Shown: positions 45,093-54,667 of the stretch, in pieces | Position numbering within the stretch: position 1 is the stretch's first letter | Layout of the letters: each line of letters opens with the position of its first letter | Assembly: GCA_013361685.1 (NCBI GenBank) | Contig: JABFXP010000051.1 | Location: 78,013-142,012, forward strand | Reading direction: 5' to 3' | Length of the DNA: 64,000 nt | Origin: Catenulispora sp. | GTDB lineage: Bacteria; Actinomycetota; Actinomycetes; Streptomycetales; Catenulisporaceae | Made by a program: the position numbers and the translations under genes | Notes under the pieces: model-generated | Database searches by the model: none | What the model was told of the DNA's origin: nothing | What the model saw: the letters and a program-made list of their open reading frames with translations, nothing else

Positions 45093-46292
45093 GTGTCAGC
45101 AGCAGAACATCCCGGAGTGTGGACACGGGTCGTCGCGGCTTTGCACGGCGAAGTCAGCGCGGCGACATGGGAGGCCTACCGGGACGCGGGCCAGGCGGTG
45201 TTCGACGTGCTGGCCGAGAACGAGGAGCAGCGCAAGGCCGAAGTCGGCGAGCAAAGCGTCGGCGCGGTCAGCGGCCGGGTCGCGACGTGGAACGCGCTGG
45301 TGCTGCAGCTGCTCGGCGAAGCGCTGATGGACGCCGACTACGCCGCCGACCCGAAGACGGTCGGGTTCCTGCCGAAGGTCACCGCCGAGCAGGTCGGCCG
45401 GGTGCTGACCCAGGTCGAGCCGTGGCTGGCCCTGGCCCGCCAGGGCCAAGCCGACCCGAGCCTGGACCTCACGACGACCGTGCACCTCCCGGCCGTGCTG
45501 CCGGCCTGGGTGAAGGTCGAGCCCTGCCCGCCGGCGCACCTGGCGGCGATGATCGCCGCTTCCGCACGGATCGCCGGATACGCCGAGGCGGCGCTGGCCG
45601 ACGCCGCCGCAGACCCCCGGCAGGCGGAGCACCTGCCGCAGCTGCGCCAGATGTGGGCCGAGGCCGACACCGCCGGCCGCTACGCCGAGGCGCTCCTTCG
45701 GCCCGGTGCAAGCCAGGAACTGCATGAGGCCATAGAGGACAAGCTGCGCCGGGCGTTGGAGGTCTGGTATCGGCTCGGCCAGCTCGCCGCTGACCCGCGG
45801 CTGCACAACCAGGCCGCGCGACACGACCGGACCGTTTTGGCCGACCCCTCCACGCTGCCCGGCGGGTCGGGGTTCGACCCGTGGTGCCTGACGGCGCCGA
45901 ACTCCCGCGACAAGTGGCGAGCCGACCCTCGGGCCCGGCGCGCGATCGATCTGCTGTGGGCATACGACCCGGCGCCGGCGGCGACGCTGACGATCCAGGC
46001 GGAGATCGACGCCGCGTTCGCCGCCGGGGACATCGTCTATGCCCGCACCCGCGGCGGTCAGCCGCTGGGTCACTACTTCTGCTGCCCGTGGGGAGCGACC
46101 TACGAGGTCCGGCGGCAGGTGCGGATCGCGGGCAAACGACTGGCCCCGCACGAGCAGTTCGTCTTCGACGTCAGCGGCGAGGAACTCGCCGAAGGGGGCA
46201 AGTTCATCCGCCGCCTGGTCCGAGGCCCGTTCGAGCCGACGAAGAAGATCGACTACTGCGATCCCGAGGGCGGCCACGACGACGATGACTGA
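45093..46292 (+). CDS. hypothetical protein (399 aa), no recognised domain
   Basis: Long GTG-initiated ORF with non-repetitive composition. Conserved-looking blocks GFDPWCLT, IDLLWAYDP and HYFCCPWGATYEV, and an acidic tail GGHDDDD. Followed by a strong hairpin. Confidence 0.6.
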   Translation: MSAAEHPGVWTRVVAALHGEVSAATWEAYRDAGQAVFDVLAENEEQRKAEVGEQSVGAVSGRVATWNALVLQLLGEALMDADYAADPKTVGFLPKVTAEQVGRVLTQVEPWLALARQGQADPSLDLTTTVHLPAVLPAWVKVEPCPPAHLAAMIAASARIAGYAEAALADAAADPRQAEHLPQLRQMWAEADTAGRYAEALLRPGASQELHEAIEDKLRRALEVWYRLGQLAADPRLHNQAARHDRTVLADPSTLPGGSGFDPWCLTAPNSRDKWRADPRARRAIDLLWAYDPAPAATLTIQAEIDAAFAAGDIVYARTRGGQPLGHYFCCPWGATYEVRRQVRIAGKRLAPHEQFVFDVSGEELAEGGKFIRRLVRGPFEPTKKIDYCDPEGGHDDDD

Positions 46293-46312
46293 GAAGCGGA
46301 GGTAGGGCAGAG

Positions 46313-46357
46313 CCCGTCTCCGGCAGCCGCTGCTGATCACCGGCTGCCGGAGACGGG
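46313..46357 (+). terminator. stem-loop terminator after the 399-aa ORF
   Basis: Perfect 17-bp stem, CCCGTCTCCGGCAGCCG / CGGCTGCCGGAGACGGG, with an 11-nt loop. Confidence 0.6.
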
Positions 46358-46387
46358 CCGCATCAGCACACATACACTGAAGATCCA

Positions 46388-47031
46388 CCATCCTGAATCT
46401 GCTGGTCAGTGTGGTGGCGTGGCAGGGTTCGTGGGTGCTCGTGCTGGTGGTGGGCGGGTGTCTTCGGTGTAGATCGTCCGTCAGGGTGGTTCGTGGCGGT
46501 TCCGGCCCGTGCGGGCCGGTGTGCTTCCTACGCCTTCCTGGCCCTGACCGACGAGCAGGGTCGGCTCATCTGGATCTCCGCCGCGCGGCCCGGCCGCACC
46601 CACGACGCCACCGCCGCCAGACACGACCACATCGTCCAGCACCTGAAAGCCGCCGGCCTCGGCGCCCTGGCTGACCTCGGCTTCCTCGGCGTAGACAAAC
46701 CGTCCGACCCCGACGACCTGGTCATCATCACCGGCTACAAAGCCACCCGCTACCGCAAGCTCACCGCCGGACAGAAGACCGCCAACAAGGTGATCGCCGC
46801 AGGTCGAGCCCCGGTCGAACACGGCTTCGCCCACCTGAGAACTGGCGTGTCCTCACCAAGCTGCGCACCAACCCCGCCCGCGCCACCAACCTGCTGCGGG
46901 CCCTGCTCGTCCTGACGAACCTCGAAGTCGACCGGTGACAGACGATCAAGACCGCAGACACCCGCCCACAACCAGCACCAGAACCCACGAACCCTGTCAC
47001 GCCAGCGGCCTGACCAGCTACTTCAAGATGG
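46388..47031 (+). mobile_element. internally deleted copy of the IS at 53010-54813 (long imperfect terminal inverted repeats retained)
   Basis: The left end (46388-46480) and the reverse complement of the right end (46941-47031) align over about 90 nt: ccatcctgaatctgctggtcag...gggttcgtgggt.ct.gtgctggt.gtgggcgggtgtct.cggt.t.gatcgtc. Both also align to the ends of the full copy. Confidence 0.65.
46529..46937 (+). pseudogene. DDE_Tnp_4 (IS5/Harbinger-like) transposase, 5'-truncated and frameshifted
   Basis: FLALTDEQGRLIWISAARPGRTHDATAARHDHI...LGFLG...APVEHGFAHL parallels residues 148-250 of the intact copy. The tail NWRVLTKLRTNPARATNLLRALLVLTNLEVDR is in another frame. Confidence 0.7.
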
Positions 47032-47077
47032 CACCCGCCCATTCGTCGTCGCGCCGAACGGGGCGAAGATCACAATG

Positions 47078-47485
47078 TCAGACGGTATCGAGCTCCGCGA
47101 AGACGGTGATGTGGAGGCCGCCGGGGGCGTCCAGCCGGGAGTTGAGCGAGTTCCACGGCGTCCGGGTCGGCTCGGCCACCACTTCCGCGCCGGCGGCGGC
47201 CAACTTCGCCGTGGCGACGACCGAGTCGCCGACCTGGAACGCGACCCGGATCTGCCCGGCCACGCGCTTGCCGACCTCGACCTCGTCGATGAACGCGGCA
47301 TGGCCGGGATCGGCCAACTCCAGCGTGGCCCGGCCGGCGTCGAGGATGGTGACCCGGCCGTCGGGCGACGCGAACGCGGCCTGCTCGGGGAGGCCCAGGA
47401 CATCGCGGTAGAAGATCAGGGCCGCGTCGTAGTCGTCAGCGGTGACCACCAAGCGGAGTTCGCGGACGGCGGGTTCCTCGGACAT
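47078..47485 (-). CDS. VOC (glyoxalase/bleomycin-resistance) family protein
   Basis: Paired beta-alpha-beta-beta-beta pattern: LRLVVTADDYDAALIFYRDVLGL...ATLEL...IRVAFQVGD...GAEVVAEPTRTPW. Confidence 0.8.
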   Translation of the reverse strand: MSEEPAVRELRLVVTADDYDAALIFYRDVLGLPEQAAFASPDGRVTILDAGRATLELADPGHAAFIDEVEVGKRVAGQIRVAFQVGDSVVATAKLAAAGAEVVAEPTRTPWNSLNSRLDAPGGLHITVFAELDTV

Positions 47486-47638
47486 GTCAGCTCCTTACGA
47501 GAGTGCGGGACGGTCTCGTCAACGGAAGGAACGATCGGAAGATTCCGCCGGGCCGCTTCATCAAGGCTTCATGTGTTTCCCGCGAGGCTTTCGTCCAGAG
47601 CACCGCCCACGGGGGGCGGTGCCCAATACGGAGGCAGC

Positions 47639-48463
47639 ATGAAACTGCGATACATCGTCGCCAGCGCGGCCACAGCTCTGTCCGTCGCGCTCGCCGGGCT
47701 GACCATGGCCGGTCCAGCGCACGCCGCGCCCGGCAGCACGGTCAACTGGACCGACCGCTCGTTCCTGGAGGTCCGCGACAACGGCACCGCGTGGGGCGAG
47801 ACCGTCTTGTGGTCGTGGAACACCGCGACAAGCTACTTCGACCCGATCTCGCTGGGGAACAACTCGTACGGGATCACGGCGGTCGCCGCCTTGGCCCCGA
47901 ACACCTGGGTCGCCGTCGACAACGGCGGCTGCGTGCACACCTATGACCAGTCACTGGCCGCGGACTCGGTTCAGGCGAACGACCCCTGTAACGCGGTCAA
48001 GGCGGTCGGGCTGGACCAGTACAACTTCCTCGTCACAACGAAGGAGGGCGCGCTCATGCAGTGGTACTACGCGGGCGCCGGGCGGTGGCTGCACGGGGAT
48101 CCCATCACGGGCACGTCAGGCTGGGGCGACGCCCGTGAGCTGGCGAGCGTCGACAGCGGCCACTTCATCTCGATCAGCGCCTCGGAGCCCTACCAGCTGC
48201 GGTACTGGACGCTCGCCCCCACGGCCGCCGAGATGAGCGCCCGCATGATGGTGATCGGCCAAGGCTGGGACACCGGAACCAGCTCACACATCGCAGGGCT
48301 CGGAGGATACGGGTCGTTCGTCGAGGTCAAGGGACCGAACCCGGTCAACGGCCGTGTGCCGTACTCGCTGTCGCGCTGGTACTTCGACCTGACGACTGGT
48401 GACATCAGCGAAAGCCCGGTCGCCGGGACCTCGGGCTGGCAGAACGCGCGCGCGATCGGCTGA
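47639..48463 (+). CDS. secreted protein of unknown function (possible beta-propeller/lectin-like repeats)
   Basis: ATG after an ACGGAGG RBS. Signal peptide ...AGPAHA/AP. Recurrent SGWGDAR and SGWQNAR motifs. Confidence 0.7.
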   Translation: MKLRYIVASAATALSVALAGLTMAGPAHAAPGSTVNWTDRSFLEVRDNGTAWGETVLWSWNTATSYFDPISLGNNSYGITAVAALAPNTWVAVDNGGCVHTYDQSLAADSVQANDPCNAVKAVGLDQYNFLVTTKEGALMQWYYAGAGRWLHGDPITGTSGWGDARELASVDSGHFISISASEPYQLRYWTLAPTAAEMSARMMVIGQGWDTGTSSHIAGLGGYGSFVEVKGPNPVNGRVPYSLSRWYFDLTTGDISESPVAGTSGWQNARAIG

Positions 48464-48478
48464 TGAGCTGAACTGAAA

Positions 48479-48511
48479 GGGCCCGGATCGCCGAGGGGGC
48501 GGTCCGGGCCC
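48479..48511 (+). terminator. intrinsic terminator-like hairpin
   Basis: GGGCCCGGATCGCC-gagg-GGCGGTCCGGGCCC followed by TTCGG. Confidence 0.55.
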
Positions 48512-48582
48512 TTCGGCGTCCCGTGAACGGTGCCGCCACCAGCTTCATCCTCGCTTCATGAAAGCCCTGCGACGCTCCGACA

Positions 48583-50040
48583 ATGCGAACTCACCACAGC
48601 ATGCGAAGTCACCCCGGAAAGCGGCTCGCCGCCGTGGCCCTGGCCTTGCTGGCCGCTGTCACGGGGCTCACCCAGACCGCCTCGGCCGCTCGGCCGTCCA
48701 ACACCGCCACCAGCCACGCCGCGTCCGCTCCCGCCGCCGCGGCTCCCAACCTCCAGGTATGGGGCAACCAACTCGTCGACGCCGGCACGGGGCGGGCGTT
48801 CCAGATGCGCGGCGTCAACAAGATGATGTTCGACTGGGGGTGTGTCACCAAGGACAACGCCGCCGACGGCATCCATTTCGATCCGTGGAACAAGGACACG
48901 TCGATGGCGACGACGATCCAGACGCTGCGTGACTGGCACGTCAACACCGTCCGCATCCCGCTGAACGTCAGCTGCTTGCGCGGCTGGCATGATTCTCAGC
49001 ACCCGGAGTACGAGCTGCCGTGGAACGCGCAGGCGAACCCGCCGGGGCAGCACGTCTACGACCACATCGCCTACCGGAACGCGGTGTACGACTACGTCAC
49101 CTCTCTGACCGACGCCGGATTCGCCGTCGTCCTGAGCCAGCACCTGTCCGAGAACTTCCCGGACTCGGCCTTCCTCAAGACGACCTGTGCAAAGGAGCAG
49201 GTCGGCCTCGACCCGAACTCGGCGGTGTGCCCGAAGGTGCTGCCGAACATGGGATCCTCGGTCGAGTTCTGGACGGACGTCGCCGGCATGTTCGGGCAGA
49301 ACAAGGCGGTCACGTTCGACCTGTTCAACGAGCCGCGCGCCGCCGAGGCGATGAACGCCGGGACTGGCACCGTCGACGAGCGGGACGCCGCCGCGTGGAA
49401 GTGCCTGGTCGAGGGCGGACCGGCCAACTGCGCCGGGCAGCCGTCGGCAGGTCTCCGGCAGCTGCTGAAGGCGGTGCGGGACGCGGGCGCGGACAACGTG
49501 GTCATCGCCGAGGGCAACGGCTGGGGCGACCTCCTCAACCACTGGCTGGACTCCTGGGCCCCCGGCAAGTCCGCGCCGCCGCCGAACCTGATGGCCTCGA
49601 TCCACGTCTACGAACAGGACGACTGCGGTGAGCGGCCGGACCAGAGCACGGAGTGCTACTACAACCCGTGGCCGGACATGGCCGCCGTGGCGGCGAAGGT
49701 GCCGCTCCTGATCGGCGAGTTCGGCAACGGGCACTACGTGAAGGTGCAAGACGACCCGGAGAAGTGGGACGCCTACTGCACCTGGCACAAGCTGCTCCCG
49801 AACGGGACCCGTGACCCGCTGACCTTCTCCGAGCACCTCATGGACTGGGCCGACGGCGGGAACGACGCCCACGTCACCGCGGGCTACCTGGCGTGGACGT
49901 TCAACCAGAGCTTCAACTCCGACGTCTGTCACGACGACCAGCCGAACAAAGTGCACCAGCTGGTGACCGACGACTTCCTCGGCACGCCGACCGCCTTCGG
50001 GCAGCTGGTCCACGACCACTTGGCGGCCGTGGCACCGTGA
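48583..50040 (+). CDS. glycoside hydrolase family 5 (cellulase/endoglucanase-like), secreted
   Basis: Signal peptide ...TQTASA. GH5 blocks RGVN, TVRIPLN, acid/base FDLFNEP, HVYE, nucleophile LLIGEFG. Confidence 0.85.
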   Translation: MRTHHSMRSHPGKRLAAVALALLAAVTGLTQTASAARPSNTATSHAASAPAAAAPNLQVWGNQLVDAGTGRAFQMRGVNKMMFDWGCVTKDNAADGIHFDPWNKDTSMATTIQTLRDWHVNTVRIPLNVSCLRGWHDSQHPEYELPWNAQANPPGQHVYDHIAYRNAVYDYVTSLTDAGFAVVLSQHLSENFPDSAFLKTTCAKEQVGLDPNSAVCPKVLPNMGSSVEFWTDVAGMFGQNKAVTFDLFNEPRAAEAMNAGTGTVDERDAAAWKCLVEGGPANCAGQPSAGLRQLLKAVRDAGADNVVIAEGNGWGDLLNHWLDSWAPGKSAPPPNLMASIHVYEQDDCGERPDQSTECYYNPWPDMAAVAAKVPLLIGEFGNGHYVKVQDDPEKWDAYCTWHKLLPNGTRDPLTFSEHLMDWADGGNDAHVTAGYLAWTFNQSFNSDVCHDDQPNKVHQLVTDDFLGTPTAFGQLVHDHLAAVAP

Positions 50041-50096
50041 TCGACGGCTCCGGAAATGAGCGCGCGCACCCGTCCAAGGATCCTGATAATGGGCGG

Positions 50097-50789
50097 GTGC
50101 GCCTGCTGGTGGTCGAGGATGACGAGGAACTGCGTGCGGTGCTCGTACGGGGATTGCGGGAGGCGGGGCACGCGGTCGACGCGGCCGGCACCCTCGCCGA
50201 GGCCGACGAGCTCTGCGCCTACACCGACTACGCCCTGGTGGTGCTGGACCTCGGGCTGCCCGACGGCGACGGCGGATCGCTGGCCCGGACCCTGCGCGCC
50301 GCCGGCCGGGCCAGGATTCTGATGCTCACCGCCCGCGACCGGCTGACCGAGAAGGTCGCGGGGTTCGAGGCCGGGGCCGACGACTACCTGACCAAGCCGT
50401 TCGACTTCCCCGAGCTGACCATGCGGGTGCGGGCCCTGCTGCGGCGACCGGTGACGGTCGGGGGCGCGCAGCTGGAGGCGGCGGAGGTGCGGATCGACAC
50501 GGCCGCGCGCAAGGCGTGGCGCTCCGGTGTCCTCACACCGCTGACCACGCGGGAGTTCTCGCTGCTGGCCTACCTGATGGAACGCCTGGGCGAGGCCGTG
50601 CCGCGGACCGAGCTGCTGGAACAGCTGTGGGACATGAACTACGACGGACTCTCGAACGTGGTCGACGTCCATGTCGGGAACCTGAGACGCAAGCTCGACT
50701 TGAACGCGCCGGGGACGGTGCTCAACCTGGAGACCGTCCGGGGCGTCGGGTATCGGATGCACATTGATACCACCGCCCCGGAGGACTGA
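50097..50789 (+). CDS. OmpR/PhoB-family response regulator
   Basis: VRLLVVEDD, DLGLPDGDG, LTARD, KPF, winged helix TREFSLL...VRGVGYR. An alternative GTG at 50037 overlaps the GH5 stop. Confidence 0.85.
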   Translation: MRLLVVEDDEELRAVLVRGLREAGHAVDAAGTLAEADELCAYTDYALVVLDLGLPDGDGGSLARTLRAAGRARILMLTARDRLTEKVAGFEAGADDYLTKPFDFPELTMRVRALLRRPVTVGGAQLEAAEVRIDTAARKAWRSGVLTPLTTREFSLLAYLMERLGEAVPRTELLEQLWDMNYDGLSNVVDVHVGNLRRKLDLNAPGTVLNLETVRGVGYRMHIDTTAPED

Positions 50790-50794
50790 AGTCC

Positions 50795-51985
50795 ATGCAC
50801 CTGAGAGCTCTGCGGATCTGGTTCACCGTCGCGGCGGGCTTCCTGACCGCGCTGCTGGTCGTCCCGACCGCGTTCTACATCCACCACACGACCTCCGTGG
50901 AGCGGTACTCGGCGATCGAAGACGACGCCGAGACGTCGGCGGCCCAGCTCGCGCTCACCGGGACGCCCGGCGAAGTCGAGCCGCTGGACGCGTGGTGGTT
51001 CTCCGGCGACGGACAGACCAAGTCGAAGCCCACGGACTTCCACCAGCCGCCGGTGATCGACTGGGCGGTGGAGGAGGCGGCGCACGACGACGCGAACAAG
51101 GGGTTGTTCTTCGACGACATGCAGCCGATGGGGCGGGGGACCATCGTGCAGGCGACGGCGCTGAGCAAGGACGGCTCCGTGGTCCTGGTGCTGCGGGATC
51201 TCCGCGACTACCACGCCGGTCTGAACCGGCTGGCCTGGTGGCTGACCGCGGCGGCGGCCGGCGTCGTGCTGCTCGTCTCGGGCGCCGCATGGGTGATCGC
51301 GGGCCTCGCGCAGGTGCCGGCGAAGCGGGCCCTGCGCTTTCAGCAGGACTTCCTAGCCGACGCGGCCCACGAACTCCGCACCCCGCTGGCTGTGCTGCAA
51401 GCTTCGGTGAGTCACGCGTTGGCGCGGCCACGCTCCGAGGCGGAGTACGCCGAGACCCTGGGCTCGGCCCGGACCGCGGTGGAGCGCGCCGATCGGGCGG
51501 TCTCGCGGCTGCTGGATCTCGCGCGGCTGAACAGTGGGACGGTGCAGCTGATCCGGACGCCGTTGCGGCTGGACCTGCTGGCCGAGGAGGTCGTGGAGAC
51601 CGCGGCGGCCGGCGGCGTGCCCGTCGAGTTCCAGGGCACTCGATCGGTGGTGGTGGAGGGCGACGAGGCGCTGCTCCGGCAGGTGCTGGACAACCTGGTG
51701 CGGAACGCCGCGCCCCGGGCGTCGCGGATCGTGGTCGAGGTCGGAGCCGGAACCGGCGGTTCGAAGCGGGAGGCCTCGGTCACGGTGACCGACGACGGGC
51801 CCGGGTTCGAGACGGATCTGCTGCCGCACGTCTTCCGACGGTTCGCCCGAGGGGACGGACGTGGGCATGGGATCGGTCTGGCTCTCGTGGAGTCGATCGC
51901 GTCGTTGCACGGTGGGCGGGCCGCTGTGGAGAACCGGGCTGGGGGCGGGGCTCGGGTGACGGTGGCTCTGCCGCTGGGGAGTTAG
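50795..51985 (+). CDS. sensor histidine kinase
   Basis: Two TM segments, H-box FLADAAHELRTPL, N-box LDNLVRNA, G-boxes DDGPGF and GIGLALV. Confidence 0.85.
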   Translation: MHLRALRIWFTVAAGFLTALLVVPTAFYIHHTTSVERYSAIEDDAETSAAQLALTGTPGEVEPLDAWWFSGDGQTKSKPTDFHQPPVIDWAVEEAAHDDANKGLFFDDMQPMGRGTIVQATALSKDGSVVLVLRDLRDYHAGLNRLAWWLTAAAAGVVLLVSGAAWVIAGLAQVPAKRALRFQQDFLADAAHELRTPLAVLQASVSHALARPRSEAEYAETLGSARTAVERADRAVSRLLDLARLNSGTVQLIRTPLRLDLLAEEVVETAAAGGVPVEFQGTRSVVVEGDEALLRQVLDNLVRNAAPRASRIVVEVGAGTGGSKREASVTVTDDGPGFETDLLPHVFRRFARGDGRGHGIGLALVESIASLHGGRAAVENRAGGGARVTVALPLGS

Positions 51986-52010
51986 GCGAGCTAGGGGAGC
52001 TGGAGAGACC

Positions 52011-52379
52011 ATGGGGGAGTTGGCGATGGTGATCGAAGTGAGTCGGCCGGAATCAGGTCGCAGGACGGCTTGGGCACGCCGTGTCGCCGGAATCGCGTCC
52101 GCCGGGACGGTGCTGACGGTGGCGTCGGCGTGGATCGAGTTCCAGCACCGCCTCTCTCAGGGCGGCGACGCCGGCGGGTGGGCCGTCGGCCTGGGGCTGA
52201 GCCTGGTGCTGGCGTCCGGCGCGGCCGTCGTCTGCTTGCTCGTGGCCTGGGTGCTGGCGACCGTCGGCGGCGGGCGGTCCGCGGTCCAGAGGTGGAGCGC
52301 CGCGTCTGTGGTCTTCGCGGTGAGCGCACAGCTGTGCGCGGTCGGCGCACTCGTCGGCGCGTTCGTCTTGGGGCGGTGA
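52011..52379 (+). CDS. hypothetical membrane protein
   Basis: 122-aa ORF with 3-4 hydrophobic segments, downstream of the kinase gene. Confidence 0.45.
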   Translation: MGELAMVIEVSRPESGRRTAWARRVAGIASAGTVLTVASAWIEFQHRLSQGGDAGGWAVGLGLSLVLASGAAVVCLLVAWVLATVGGGRSAVQRWSAASVVFAVSAQLCAVGALVGAFVLGR

Positions 52380-52387
52380 ACTCCGCG

Positions 52388-52915
52388 ATGGAACGCACGA
52401 GTCCACGCCACCGAATCACAGCGGCCGGACTGATCAGTGCCCTGATCGTCGTCGTCGAACTCATCGGCATCCGGCTGGACTCCGAACCGGCGGACGGCTG
52501 CGGCAGGAGCGGCGACGTGAGCGAATGCTTCAACTACCAAGTCTTCAACCCAGCGTTCTTCTGCCTTATCGGCATCGTCGCCATCCCCCTGGCCCTCCGC
52601 GCCTTCCGCATCGCCCACCGCCCGCCCATCGTGGCCGCAGCGGCCCCCCTCGGCGTCCTCAGTGCGATCTTCCTCCGCGCCTTCGAGGTGGCAGTCACCC
52701 CGGACTGGGGCCAGCCCGCCACCTACTTCGCACAGGGCGCCGGCTGGCTCGCCGCGGACGCGATCGCCGTCGGCTTGTGCGCAGCGTTCGGAGCGGCGAT
52801 CTCGGACCCGCGGATAGCCACCCACGTCCGGCGGTGGCTGTCGATCGCCGTGGCCTCGGTCGTGGTGGCCGGAGTCCTGTCCTGGGTGATCGTCGCGGCG
52901 CTATCGCCACGCTAG
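52388..52915 (+). CDS. hypothetical membrane protein
   Basis: 175 aa from the ATG at 52388; five hydrophobic segments. Confidence 0.5.
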   Translation: MERTSPRHRITAAGLISALIVVVELIGIRLDSEPADGCGRSGDVSECFNYQVFNPAFFCLIGIVAIPLALRAFRIAHRPPIVAAAAPLGVLSAIFLRAFEVAVTPDWGQPATYFAQGAGWLAADAIAVGLCAAFGAAISDPRIATHVRRWLSIAVASVVVAGVLSWVIVAALSPR

Positions 52916-53101
52916 AGCCACGTTGCTGCCGCCTCCTACCTTCGGTCCCGAACTGAAGGGGGTCCGATGGACGTGCGTCGGCTGGTGGTCGGGATCAGTG
53001 GGGAGTTTTCATCCTGACGTCGCAGGTGTGTGGCGCTGGTGTGGCCCCGGCGGGTGTGAGTGGGCTGATGGGCGGCGGTGGTCGTCGGTCTTGATCGTCC
53101 G

Positions 53102-53944
53102 TCAGCGGGTGACCTGGAGCCGGGTCAGGACCAGCAGGGCGCGCAGGAGGTCGGTGGCGTGGCGGGCGTTCATGCGGACTTTGGCCAGGATGCGCCAGGC
53201 TTTGAGGTCGGCGAAGGCGTGTTCATTGGCGGCGCGTTCACGGCTGATCAGCTTGTTCGCCTCCTTCTGGGCGTCGGTGAGGGGTCGTTTGCGGGCGGCT
53301 TTCTTCCCGGTGATGATGACGGGGTCGTCGGGGTCGTCGGGGTCGTCGTCCAGGCCGACGAAGCCCAGGTCGCCGATCGCGCCGAGTCCGGCTTCGCGCA
53401 GCTTCGTGGTGATGTGGTTGTGGCGGGCGGCGGTGATGTCCGAGGCGCGGCCGGGTTTGGCCGCCGAGATCCACAGCAGGTTGCCGCGGTCGTCGGTGAC
53501 CGCGAGGAACAGCAGGCCGTGGGCCTTGTGTTTCCCGGAGTAGTTCTTCCGGTTGGCTTTCCCGGTGCGTCGGCGGGTGCGCACGAGGGTGCCGTCGATG
53601 AGGACGGCTTCGCCACCGGATCGGGCGATCTTTCCCAGGGCGCGTTCCAGGCGCGGGGCCTTCGCGGCCAGCAGCTTGATGACCTCCAGCACCCAGCGGC
53701 GCACGGTGGACGCCGAGACGCCGTTGCCGCCGGCGAGATCGGCAAGACGCTGGTCGTGCCGCAGGTGAGCCAGGACGATCAGCGCCTGTCGGCCCGCATC
53801 GGCCTTGCGCCAGCGGGTGCCCAGCACCTTGCGGCGGGTGCGGATCAGCTCGGCGACGACGGCCAGCACCCGGCTCGACAGCGGGAGCTTCACCTGGTAG
53901 ACAACGGAATCAGTGCCCTCGGCGGGCTCAGGGTTCGTATTCAC
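53102..53944 (-). CDS. IS5/Harbinger-like DDE_Tnp_4 transposase
   Basis: HTH region LADLAGGNGVSASTVRRW. Catalytic blocks LIDGTLV, YSGKHKAHG, LWISAAKPGRASD, GDLGFVG, ANEHAFADLKAWRIL. Confidence 0.85.
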   Translation of the reverse strand: MNTNPEPAEGTDSVVYQVKLPLSSRVLAVVAELIRTRRKVLGTRWRKADAGRQALIVLAHLRHDQRLADLAGGNGVSASTVRRWVLEVIKLLAAKAPRLERALGKIARSGGEAVLIDGTLVRTRRRTGKANRKNYSGKHKAHGLLFLAVTDDRGNLLWISAAKPGRASDITAARHNHITTKLREAGLGAIGDLGFVGLDDDPDDPDDPVIITGKKAARKRPLTDAQKEANKLISRERAANEHAFADLKAWRILAKVRMNARHATDLLRALLVLTRLQVTR

Positions 53945-54196
53945 ACACTGCCCAACCCGCCGGGGGCGCCGCGGTTACGCCCCTTGCGCGACGCTCCGCC
54001 GGGCACCCCGTTTTAGGGTGAAATCAGCCTCCGCATAATCCCTGCTATGCGGGACCATGCCGCGAGGCCCGGCGCACTGCCCGACGCCCCGGACGCCGCC
54101 GCCCGCCGGACTCCGCCTGCTACTCCCGCGCAGGTCGCCGACCGCGCGGCTGCCTCTGGCGGGTCCCGCGACGGTAAGGAGCACACCTCGAGCGGC

Positions 54197-54667
54197 TCAG
54201 AAGGCGATCGCAAACCGACCGTCGGCGAGTTTCCGCAGCCAGCCGCGATCAGCCAGCCGGTTCAGCTTGGAACGCAGCGGTTCCAGCTTCCCCCGCACCT
54301 CCACCTGCAGGCCGAGCACCTCACCGACCTGCCGAACCGTGGCCGGCCCGCCCTGACCTCGCACGATCGCCAGGATCCGCTGGTAGTCCGGCGGCAACAC
54401 GCTGTCGGAGGCATCCGCGCCGCGGTGCGGCACCAGCAGCACCGTCTCCCCGCCGACCTGCGCCGCCGCGGCCTCCGGCGGCGCGGGCGCGAGCGACAGG
54501 TACTCGCCGAAGCCCTGCTCGCTGATCCGCTGCACGACGCGCTCGGCCACCACCAGCTCGTCCCGCTCGAGGCGCACCTCGGCCAGCTGCTTGACCAGCT
54601 GCTCCTCCAGCAGGTCCAGCTCGGCACGCCGAGCAGCGATCCGTTCCAGCATCACCGAATCCGTCAT
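54197..54667 (-). CDS. IS-associated accessory protein (coiled-coil + winged-helix-like)
   Basis: ATG at 54667 (MTDSVMLERIAARRAELDLLEEQL...). Lies inside the IS boundaries upstream of the transposase gene. Confidence 0.55.
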   Translation of the reverse strand: MTDSVMLERIAARRAELDLLEEQLVKQLAEVRLERDELVVAERVVQRISEQGFGEYLSLAPAPPEAAAAQVGGETVLLVPHRGADASDSVLPPDYQRILAIVRGQGGPATVRQVGEVLGLQVEVRGKLEPLRSKLNRLADRGWLRKLADGRFAIAF

